A stretch of 64,000 nucleotides of DNA from an uncultured bacterium. GTDB taxonomy: Bacteria; Chloroflexota; UBA5177; JANWHV01. The notes beneath the pieces were generated by a model. That model saw only the letters and a program-made list of their open reading frames with translations. It was not told the DNA's origin and searched no databases. The translations under genes and the position numbers were made by a program. The stretch spans positions 864,001 to 928,000 of the forward strand of contig CAWHAE010000010.1 in NCBI GenBank assembly GCA_963827235.1, read 5' to 3'. This document shows, piece by piece, positions 9,610-17,691 of this stretch (position 1 is its first letter; each line of letters opens with the position of its first letter).

Positions 9610-10308
9610 ATGAGCGACGTGGCGGTCATCGGCGGCACGGGGCACCAGGGTTTCGGGCTGGCTTTGCGCTGGGCCCTGGCCGGCAAGAGCGTCTCAATCG
9701 GCTCCCGAGACCCCCAGCGCGCTTCCGCGGCGGCAGAGCGTCTACGCGAGACCGCCCGTGCGGCCGGGCGGGCGGCAGTGGCGGTGAGCGGGCTAGAGAA
9801 CGCGGCGGCAGCCGCCGAGGCACCGACAGTGGTGCTCGCCGTGCCCCTGGCTGCACAGATCGCTACAATCAAGGGCCTTCGCGACCACCTGCGACCGGGC
9901 ACCGTGCTGATCGACGTGACTGTACCGCTGGCCACGGCCATCGGCGGGCGAGCCTCACGGGTGCTGGGGCTGCCGGCAGGCTCGGCGGCCGAGCAAGCAG
10001 CAGAATACTCACCCGAAGGCACGCAGGTGGTCTCGGCCTTTCACGCCCTGTCCGCCGACCTGCTGGCCTCCGTAGGAGCGGACGGACCGCTGCCGCTAGA
10101 TTGCGATGTTGTGGCGTGTGGCGGCGACGCAGCGGCGCAGGAGGTGGTGCGTGAGCTGGCGCTTGCGATCGACGGCGTGCGCTATGTGCACGCCGGGCCG
10201 TTGGCGTGCTCGCGGCTGGTGGAGTCGGCGGCGGCACTGCTGATCGCCATCAACGTGCGCCACAAGGTCCGCCATGCCGGCATGCGCATAACCGGCGTTG
10301 CCGGCTGA
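9610..10308 (+). CDS. npdG: NADPH-dependent F420 reductase
   Basis: VAVIGGTGHQGFGLALRW, IGSR, GSAAEQ, SAFH, GMRITG. Confidence 0.9.
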   Translation: MSDVAVIGGTGHQGFGLALRWALAGKSVSIGSRDPQRASAAAERLRETARAAGRAAVAVSGLENAAAAAEAPTVVLAVPLAAQIATIKGLRDHLRPGTVLIDVTVPLATAIGGRASRVLGLPAGSAAEQAAEYSPEGTQVVSAFHALSADLLASVGADGPLPLDCDVVACGGDAAAQEVVRELALAIDGVRYVHAGPLACSRLVESAAALLIAINVRHKVRHAGMRITGVAG

Positions 10309-10388
10309 GGCGCGCCGGCCGGCAAACGGTAGCCTCCGGCTGCGGCGAGGAAGGGCGGTACAGTGACGCCGCCAACGGCGCCCGGAAC

Positions 10389-11000
10389 CTACAAGCCTTG
10401 GCGGGCAGCGGACGCAATGGCATGCTCAGAAGCAGAGATGGGCGCTGCATCGTACTTTGTCGCAGCCAGTATTGAGCCAAGGTGAGCGCTTGTGATTCGC
10501 ACCAACTCATCAGACCGCAGGCGCACGATCCAGCCCGGATCGCCCGTCGGGGCAACTACCATCTCGCGCAGAGCGATCTCCGACGCCACGACGGTCGGGA
10601 GGCCGGAAAGGAACGGCACTTCCCACCAGGCGAGCGTTCGCGTCGTGGGCTGCACACGCCAGCCATACCGCCGCTGCAGCCAGGCTCTGGTCTGCTGCGC
10701 GCCGAGGATGTGCACACGGCGTGCGCCGAGTACGTCCGCCACGCCAGTAGAGGACAGTCGGCCACCGCTGGGCACGAGGGCCAGGGCAAAGTCGCGATCC
10801 ACGGCCAGTAGCAGAGGCTGTATCGCATCCGAGCGCGCCAACCCCACGTCTGCAGCCACGTCATCGATGCGATCGAACTCCCGCTTTACCGGCATGATGC
10901 GGCGCCTCGCGCCGAGCTCGTTCAGCGCGGCGCGCACCAGGTCAATCGGCGCGGTCGCGTCGGCGTCGCCTTTTCGCTGCCGTCCAGGGGAATGTGCCAT
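10389..11000 (-). CDS. Divergent YbaK/ProRS-editing-fold protein
   Basis: LLLAVDRDFALALVPSGGRLS..VADVLGARRV and LPTVVASEI..VVAPTGDP..IVRL..ELVRIT resemble YbaK; catalytic motifs degenerate; start uncertain. Confidence 0.55.
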   Translation of the reverse strand: MAHSPGRQRKGDADATAPIDLVRAALNELGARRRIMPVKREFDRIDDVAADVGLARSDAIQPLLLAVDRDFALALVPSGGRLSSTGVADVLGARRVHILGAQQTRAWLQRRYGWRVQPTTRTLAWWEVPFLSGLPTVVASEIALREMVVAPTGDPGWIVRLRSDELVRITSAHLGSILAATKYDAAPISASEHAIASAARQGL

Positions 11001-11096
11001 GCGTGGTAGTGTACCTGACGCCATCCATAGCAGGTCTTCAGCCAGGACGCAAGATCGCCATTTTGGCCAAAGACAAGGACTTGGCGACATGCTACA

Positions 11097-14000
11097 GTGC
11101 GTGTCGGTAGACTATCCACTACGAAAAGGGTACAGACAAGAGTGCAGTATGATGCAGCGCTCCAGCCCCCTGGTGAGGGCTGGCTACTGGACTCGGTATT
11201 GGTTGGGGCGCTGCGGCGACTCGACTCGGATACAAGTGCGACTGGCGCTCGAGCCGGTTCACCGGAGGACAATGAGCGCGTGGCCGTAAGCGAATTGCCC
11301 GATCTCGCCAGCATCGTGCGACAGGTCGCCGCAGCGGTGAACGGCGAAGAGTCGCTCGCGTTGCTGGCTGCTGCCATGCAGTCCAGCAGTGGCGCCACGG
11401 CGATCGAGATACGAGAGAGAAACGGCGTATTGCACGCTTGCGCGGGCACCTGGCCGGAACGAGTGGAGCCGACCGACACCACTCTGCACCTACCGTTGCA
11501 CCGTGGCACGGCGACAGTGGGCTTCGTTCGACTCCTCACCGTCGACGCCGAGCTGACGCTAACCAGCAATCCCGCCCTGGCAACACTGCTCGACCTGGCC
11601 GCTATGGCGATCGAGCCGTTGGCCGCTGATGCACCCGGCATAGCGCCAAGCAGTTCGCATGCCGGTGAGAGCATTGCTGCGTTCGATTCGGCGAGCGTCG
11701 AATCGGCGGTGTTCGACTTTGTAAGCGAGCTCGTGTGCACCATGTCCGGCGCCGACTTTGCCTTTAGCTCGTACAGGTTTGCCGGCGACCCATGTATGCG
11801 CTACGGAGCGCACGGTATGCGATCGCTGGAATGGCGGGGCCTGCTGACTCGAGCAGACGGTAGCCTGAACGACCGTGCGCTCGCCGGCATGGAGGCGATC
11901 GTGATTGGCGCCGCCAACCTCGACGCACGTGCGTTGCCCGGCGAGGTAAGCCGACGCTACGTCGAGGGCGCCCAGAGCCTGGTCTGTGTGCCGGCAGGTG
12001 AAGCCGGCGACGAGCTCGTCGTCACAGCCGGCTGGCGGCGGACCGTGCGGGTCGAAGGCTACCGCCTGGACAGCATTCAGCAAATAGTCGACCGCTTCTC
12101 GTGCCTGTTGCACGGAGATGCCGGAAGACATGTGCTGAGCCGTCTGGACTCCGCCGTGGAAACCTCGGGAGCCTCGATGGAGCTCGACGCCCTGTGCGCT
12201 GCGATTCTCGAACAGGCAGCCAACGACCTTGCAGTGGATCATTGCGCCGTTCTGCTTGCCGATGATCGTAACGGCGGCCTGACACCACTTGCCAGACGCG
12301 GGCTGCCTCACGCCTTCTTCAGGGGTTTCGCCGCGGTCATGCCGGGTCCGCAATCCGACACGAGCAGAGCCGCGTTTGCTCTTGGACGCACGGTCGTGAC
12401 GCCGGACATCATGGAGGACGAGGGCTGGGCGCCTTATCGCGAGCTCGCGGCACCGCTCGGCCTGCGCGCCGCCTGGTCGGCGCCGATTGTCGGCTACGGC
12501 ACGTGTGCGGTCGGCGCACTGACGGCCTACGTCGCTCAGAGCGGACCGCCTTCGGATTGGCAGCAGGCGCTGCTCGAGGTGTACGCATCCATCGTCGCGC
12601 GCGCATACGACCAATCTCGCCAGGCCCGACGTGCCCAGAGCACGAGCGATCCGGCTGCCGTGATGGGTGCGCAGCTCAGCAGTATCGTCGGCCAGCTGCC
12701 GTGTGGGCTGATTGTGCTCGACGAACATCACCGCGTCGTGTTCAGGAATGACACGGCCATGGCCGTCTGTCATGAGCTGGGATTCGAGCTCGATAAAGAT
12801 GACTTGAGCAACGCCTCGCTTTACCTGAATAACCCGAATCACGAGCTCGGCAAGCTGGAGCATTGGCAGTCGCCGGTCGGGCGCGCGTTACGCGGCGAAT
12901 CGGTCCCGAGCTGCGAGATGCATCTCGAGGCTGCCGATAGCGGGCACTCCGACAAGAGCGTCATGGTATCGGCGGCGCCACTGCGCGATGAGAGTGGGCG
13001 CATCGTCGGCGCCGCGGTCATGCTGAGCGATACGCGGAAGGAGCGGAATCTCGCCGACGGCCTGGCTACCGTCGAGGCGCAACTCCGGGCCATTCAGGCT
13101 GCCACACCATATGGCGTTGCCCTGTACGACGCCCGAGGCGAGCAGATCTGGGCAACCGACGCGACAGAGCAGTTCGCGCACTGCAGTCTCGATGTGCCGG
13201 CGGACTCGACCGACGACACGATGCTGGACCTGGCCGATGAGCACGGACACCCGCTCAGGGTAGCCGATCTTCCGATCATGCAGGTCCTGCGTACCGGACA
13301 GCCGGTGCGGCGAAGGATCGTTCAGTCGCGCGGCCCGGACGGCAGAGGACGCTGGCTACAGCTTGATGCCGCGGCAGTCGAGGCCGATGATAGCAGCCCC
13401 CGGCGATTCGTAGTCAGCGCCCTGGACATCACGGAGCACAAACAAACTGAGCTCGCCCTCTCGCACCAGGCTATGTACGACGCCTTAACTGGCCTGCCCA
13501 ACCGCACCTGGTTCAACGTGCGGCTGGAAGAAGCAATCACCCAGCTGAACGAGCTGGGTTCTGCCGCTTTGTTGGTGCTCGATATCGACCGATTCCGCGA
13601 GGTCAACGACACGCTCGGTCACGCCAACGGCGACATTCTCGTTCAGCTCTTCGCCAAGCGGCTGGTAGGTGCCGTCGGGCTCAATGGATTTGTCGGCAGG
13701 CTCGGCGGGGATGAGTTCGGCATCCTGATTGAGCGCGCCTCGGTCGTCGACGCCACCAGCATGGCCCGTCGGATCCTGCATCAGCTCGAACACCCGTTCG
13801 AGATAGCCGGTCAGACTCTTGACGTCGACGCCAGTATCGGGGTGGCGCTCTGCCCCGATCACGGCACGGATATCAACGCGCTGCTCCGACGGGCAGATAT
13901 CGCCATGTACGTAGCCAAGCACTCGCACGACGGCTTCGCCGTGTATACGGCCAGACTGGATCTGCACAGTCCTGACCGCCTCTCTCTGCTTGGCGAGCTT

Positions 14001-14741
14001 CGTCGCTCAATCGAACAGGGCCATCTCTTCCTCGCCTATCAACCCCTGATCAGGATTTCGGACCAGAAACTAATCGGCATGGAGGCGCTCGTACGCTGGC
14101 AGCATCCGGTCCATGGCCTGATCTATCCCGATGGATTCATCAGTCTTGCGGAGGGTACTGGGGCGATCAAGCCTCTGACGATCTGGGTGCTTAACGAGGC
14201 CCTACGCCAGTGCGGTGAGTGGCGCAGCCACGGCTACGACCTCCAGGTTTCGGTCAATCTGTCGGCGCGCAGCCTGCACGACGTGACCCTGGCGTCGTCG
14301 GTGCTCGACTCGTTGCTAAGGTTTCACGTGCCGCCCGACCGGCTCACGATAGAGATCACCGAGAGCGCGATCATGTCGGATCCGAGCAGCGCCATGATCG
14401 TGTTGAGCCGGCTGAGCAACATGGGAGTTCACCTGGCGATAGACGATTTCGGCACCGGCTATTCGTCGCTGGCATACTTGCAGAGACTGCCCACTCGCAA
14501 CATCAAGATCGACAAGTCCTTCGTGCTGCGCCTGTGCGAGAACGCAAACGACGCCGCGATCGTGAGAGCGATCATCGAGCTTGGCCATAGCCTCGGCCAC
14601 TCTGTGCTTGCCGAGGGAGTGGAGCACGAGTCGGTACTTGAGCTTCTCTCGCGGCTGGGTTGCGACTTTGCCCAAGGCTACTACTTCAGCAAGCCGCTCC
14701 CGGCGTCCGAGATTGAAGACTGGATACGCAAGCGGCTGTAA
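11097..14741 (+). CDS. GAF/PAS-domain diguanylate cyclase-phosphodiesterase (GGDEF-EAL)
   Basis: GAF (GLRAAWSAPI), PAS/PAC repeats, YDALTGLPNR, RLGGDEF, MEALVRW, IDDFGTGYSSL, AEGVE, QGYYFSKP; start uncertain. Confidence 0.93.
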   Translation: MRVGRLSTTKRVQTRVQYDAALQPPGEGWLLDSVLVGALRRLDSDTSATGARAGSPEDNERVAVSELPDLASIVRQVAAAVNGEESLALLAAAMQSSSGATAIEIRERNGVLHACAGTWPERVEPTDTTLHLPLHRGTATVGFVRLLTVDAELTLTSNPALATLLDLAAMAIEPLAADAPGIAPSSSHAGESIAAFDSASVESAVFDFVSELVCTMSGADFAFSSYRFAGDPCMRYGAHGMRSLEWRGLLTRADGSLNDRALAGMEAIVIGAANLDARALPGEVSRRYVEGAQSLVCVPAGEAGDELVVTAGWRRTVRVEGYRLDSIQQIVDRFSCLLHGDAGRHVLSRLDSAVETSGASMELDALCAAILEQAANDLAVDHCAVLLADDRNGGLTPLARRGLPHAFFRGFAAVMPGPQSDTSRAAFALGRTVVTPDIMEDEGWAPYRELAAPLGLRAAWSAPIVGYGTCAVGALTAYVAQSGPPSDWQQALLEVYASIVARAYDQSRQARRAQSTSDPAAVMGAQLSSIVGQLPCGLIVLDEHHRVVFRNDTAMAVCHELGFELDKDDLSNASLYLNNPNHELGKLEHWQSPVGRALRGESVPSCEMHLEAADSGHSDKSVMVSAAPLRDESGRIVGAAVMLSDTRKERNLADGLATVEAQLRAIQAATPYGVALYDARGEQIWATDATEQFAHCSLDVPADSTDDTMLDLADEHGHPLRVADLPIMQVLRTGQPVRRRIVQSRGPDGRGRWLQLDAAAVEADDSSPRRFVVSALDITEHKQTELALSHQAMYDALTGLPNRTWFNVRLEEAITQLNELGSAALLVLDIDRFREVNDTLGHANGDILVQLFAKRLVGAVGLNGFVGRLGGDEFGILIERASVVDATSMARRILHQLEHPFEIAGQTLDVDASIGVALCPDHGTDINALLRRADIAMYVAKHSHDGFAVYTARLDLHSPDRLSLLGELRRSIEQGHLFLAYQPLIRISDQKLIGMEALVRWQHPVHGLIYPDGFISLAEGTGAIKPLTIWVLNEALRQCGEWRSHGYDLQVSVNLSARSLHDVTLASSVLDSLLRFHVPPDRLTIEITESAIMSDPSSAMIVLSRLSNMGVHLAIDDFGTGYSSLAYLQRLPTRNIKIDKSFVLRLCENANDAAIVRAIIELGHSLGHSVLAEGVEHESVLELLSRLGCDFAQGYYFSKPLPASEIEDWIRKRL

Positions 14742-14816
14742 GTTGGTGGCCGCGGCGCCGAGCCCGGCCCGAGTCGACTTGCCAAGAGTGGGTTCGGTCG
14801 GTTACGTTGATGGTGG

Positions 14817-14954
14817 AGTCTTCAGGGCAGGGTGCAACTCCCTACCGGCGGTAAGGCCGAGAGGCCGAGCCCGCGAGCGGCGCGCAGTTTTCTTGTGTGC
14901 CTGCAGATCCGGTGAGATACCGGAGCCGACGGTAAAGTCCGGATGGAAGAAGGC
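14817..14954 (+). ncRNA. FMN riboswitch (RFN element)
   Basis: Conserved blocks CTTCAGGGCAGGGTGCAACTCCCTACCGGCGGT..AGCCCGCGAGC..AGATCCGGTGAGATACCGGAGCCGACGGTAAAGTCCGGATGGAAGAAG. Confidence 0.95.
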
Positions 14955-15022
14955 GACCAACGTCATGGAGCGGCATCAACGTCGAGATCGTTCCGTGTTG
15001 CATCGCACCACACCATCACACG

Positions 15023-15054
15023 CCCGAAGGCTTGAGCCTTCGGGTTTTTCTTTT
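15023..15054 (+). terminator. Intrinsic terminator of the riboswitch expression platform
   Basis: CCCGAAGGC-TTGA-GCCTTCGGG followed by TTTTTCTTTT. Confidence 0.88.
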
Positions 15055-15082
15055 GGGCATGCAGACTTGGAGCGTAGCTGGG

Positions 15083-15913
15083 ATGGCAGCATCTCCGCAG
15101 GAACGACGAATGAACTGGCGTTTCGCCGTCGACACGCCTCGCGCATCGCGACTACATGTGCCGCGCTGGCTGGATGCCGGCCTGCCGTCGATCGTGGCGA
15201 TTCTGTTGGTAATCGGGATCTGGGAGGTCCTCACGGCCACCGGCTGGGCAAGTCAGTATGTACTGCCTGCCCCCGCGATCGTGCTGGCCAATCTCTGGGA
15301 GATACTTGGTGACGGCACCGTAGCGACAAACACGGCGGCCACCGTGCAGGAGGCCGGACTTGGCCTCTTGATCGGGGCGGCAGTCGCGTTGCCGTGCGGA
15401 TACGTGGTTGCGCACGCTCGGGTACTTGAGCGGTTCATAGCACCGTTGATCGCGGCAAGCCAGGCAGTGCCAGCCGTGGCAGTCACGCCTCTGCTGGTCA
15501 CAAGTCTCGGCAACGGCGTCGAGCTGAAAGTCGTCGTCTGCGCCGTGGTCGTCGTCTTTCCTCTCATCGTAAATGCCGTGACCGCCTTCCGAGGTGTGCC
15601 GCGGGAGTATCTCGAGGTTGCTCGCGTATTTGGTGTTCCCCGGCTGGAAACAATCGCCAGAGTTGAGGTCCCGCTCGCGGCACCCGTGCTGCTGGCCGGG
15701 ATCAAGCTCGGGGTGACGTTGTCCCTCACCGGCGCGATCGTGGGAGAGTTCGTGGCCTCCGATCAGGGGCTGGGATTCCTTCTGAACTTTTACAACAACA
15801 ATCAGTTGCAGCCGTACGCTTTCGCGACGCTTGTCGTGCTCATGGTGATCGGCATCGCCGCGTACTCGTTTGTCAGCTTTCTTGAAGGGAAGGTAGCCGA
15901 GTGGCAAGGTTAG
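15083..15913 (+). CDS. ribX: ABC transporter permease, SsuC/TauC type (riboflavin transporter RibX-like)
   Basis: LPAPA, six TM segments, EAA-like loop EYLEVARVFG, AIVGEF..GLG; under FMN riboswitch. Confidence 0.8.
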   Translation: MAASPQERRMNWRFAVDTPRASRLHVPRWLDAGLPSIVAILLVIGIWEVLTATGWASQYVLPAPAIVLANLWEILGDGTVATNTAATVQEAGLGLLIGAAVALPCGYVVAHARVLERFIAPLIAASQAVPAVAVTPLLVTSLGNGVELKVVVCAVVVVFPLIVNAVTAFRGVPREYLEVARVFGVPRLETIARVEVPLAAPVLLAGIKLGVTLSLTGAIVGEFVASDQGLGFLLNFYNNNQLQPYAFATLVVLMVIGIAAYSFVSFLEGKVAEWQG

Positions 15914-16911
15914 GTCTCAGGTGGATTGCCGCGATGGCGGTGGCTACACTGCTTCTGCAAGCGGGGAACGGCGGCGCCCGAGTTGTTCCAGCGCACGCGG
16001 CCTCCCTGCAGCAGGTCACGATCTCCATGGGCTACGTGCCGGACATCCAGTTTTCTCCCTTCTACGTGGCAGTCGCCAAAGGATACTACTCTGCTGCCGG
16101 CATCAGTGTGGATTTCAACTACACTCAGACGTCGGATGTGATCACGCTCGTCGGCGCGGGCAACGTCACCTTCGGCGACGCGGAGCCCGACCAGGTCATC
16201 GTGGGCGCGGCGCATAAGCTCCCCATCGTATCGGTGCTCACACAGTATGCGCGGTTCCCCGTTGTCATCGTCTCACTCGCCGGAAGCAACATTCGAAGCT
16301 TCGCGGACCTCAAGGGGAAGAGAATCGGCATTCCCGCGCTCTACGGAGCGTCGTACTTCGGACTGTTGGCGGCACTCCAGGCAGCTCATCTGAGCGTCAA
16401 GGATGTCAAGCTCAGCGCTATCGGGTACGCTCAAGTCGCGGAGGTAGCGCGGCATCAGGTGGACGCCGCAGTGGCATATGCAATGAACGAGCCTATCCAG
16501 CTCGAGCAGGAAGGCTTGAAGGTCAACGTGCTGCCGATCACTACAGAAGTGCCTCTGAGCGGACCGGGCGTGATCACCAGCCAAAAGCTGGTCGCGCAGG
16601 ATCCGGCGCTGGTGAAGCGATTTGTGCAGGCGACGTGGCAGGGTTTGCGCGATACCGACGCCGATCCTGCCGCGGCGCTGAAACTCTCACGCAGCTTCCT
16701 TAAGGCCATTCCGCAGTCTCAGCTCGGCGCACAACTGGCCAAGCTCAAGGCGGCCGTGGCTTATTGGTCTCCGCCCAAGGGCGGTGGGTTGGGGTGCGCG
16801 GATCCTGCGTCGTGGCAGGCCACAGAGAGCATGCTGCTGCAGCAACACCAGATCCCTTCACGGGTGGACGTCGCACCGCTCTACACGAATCGTTTCCTGG
16901 AGCACTGCTAA
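15901..16911 (+). CDS. ribY: NMT1/THI5-family substrate-binding protein (RibY-like)
   Basis: Signal peptide (AHA), MGYVPDIQFSPFYVA..KGYY, DLKGKRIGIP; FMN riboswitch context. Confidence 0.8.
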   Translation: MARLGLRWIAAMAVATLLLQAGNGGARVVPAHAASLQQVTISMGYVPDIQFSPFYVAVAKGYYSAAGISVDFNYTQTSDVITLVGAGNVTFGDAEPDQVIVGAAHKLPIVSVLTQYARFPVVIVSLAGSNIRSFADLKGKRIGIPALYGASYFGLLAALQAAHLSVKDVKLSAIGYAQVAEVARHQVDAAVAYAMNEPIQLEQEGLKVNVLPITTEVPLSGPGVITSQKLVAQDPALVKRFVQATWQGLRDTDADPAAALKLSRSFLKAIPQSQLGAQLAKLKAAVAYWSPPKGGGLGCADPASWQATESMLLQQHQIPSRVDVAPLYTNRFLEHC

Positions 16912-17316
16912 ATGATCAAGAGGTTTGACCACATAGGAATCGCCACCACGTCACTCGAATCCAGCGTGGCGCTGTATCAGGACGTTCTCGGCCTGGACGT
17001 CACATCTCGCGAAGTCGTCGCCGACCAAGGCGTGGAGGTTCTGGCGTTCCAGTGTGACGGCGCTGAGGTCGAGCTGCTTCATCCAACGCGCGACGACTGT
17101 GCCGTCGCCAAGTTTCTGAGCGAGCGCGGAGCCGGCGTACATCACGTCGCATACAGGGTTAGCGATATACGCGCTGCGCTTGCGCGCGCGAGAGACGCCG
17201 GGCTCGAGCTGGTGGATGAGAAGCCGCGCGTGGGCGCCGGCGGGCACCTAGTGGCATTTCTCCACCCTCGATCGACGGGCCGCGTGCTGATCGAGCTGGT
17301 AGAGCGCAGGAGCTAG
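16912..17316 (+). CDS. mce: Methylmalonyl-CoA epimerase (VOC family)
   Basis: DHIGIA, DQGV, VELLHP, GVHHVAYRV, AFLHPRSTGRVLIELVE. Confidence 0.88.
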   Translation: MIKRFDHIGIATTSLESSVALYQDVLGLDVTSREVVADQGVEVLAFQCDGAEVELLHPTRDDCAVAKFLSERGAGVHHVAYRVSDIRAALARARDAGLELVDEKPRVGAGGHLVAFLHPRSTGRVLIELVERRS

Positions 17317-17320
17317 CATC

Positions 17321-17349
17321 TTGCCCGGCGCGGCACCCTATGCTATAGT
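17321..17349 (+). promoter_or_regulatory. sigma70 promoter of tRNA-Val
   Basis: TTGCCC-N17-TATAGT with extended TGn. Confidence 0.7.
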
Positions 17350-17365
17350 CACATCGTCATGGCAA

Positions 17366-17439
<74 letters not shown>

Positions 17440-17455
17440 CCGCAGCAGGACGTCT

Positions 17456-17482
17456 GAGCCGCCGCAGATGGCGGCTCTTTGT
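17456..17482 (+). terminator. Terminator after tRNA-Val
   Basis: GAGCCGCC-GCAGAT-GGCGGCTC-TTTGT. Confidence 0.75.
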
Positions 17483-17691
17483 GTTCATCTGTGCTCAGGC
17501 GTGGGAAGCACCCTCTGGACGGCGACTCGAAAGGGTGGTTTGACTTGCAGAGCGGTGGAGGCGTCCCAGAAGGCTGGCACCGCAGATCTGCCCCTCAATG
17601 ATTATGCGCCGTGCGCTTCGCAGAGGCGCTGCGTCAATGCGCGTGAACTGTCTGATCAGAAGATGCAAGCAGACTGGCCGGTAACGTACCA

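Noticed and set aside
10309-10388. GGCAAAC..GCCTCCGG segment as a c-di-GMP-I riboswitch
   Set aside because: Lacks the GAAA tetraloop/GACGCAAAG core and lies between convergent genes
11559-12863. 434-aa minus-strand ORF and similar overlaps (19297-20565, 37743-38744, 51399-52764, 54979-55908)
   Set aside because: Overlap well-supported genes, no recognisable motifs, composition typical of shadow frames
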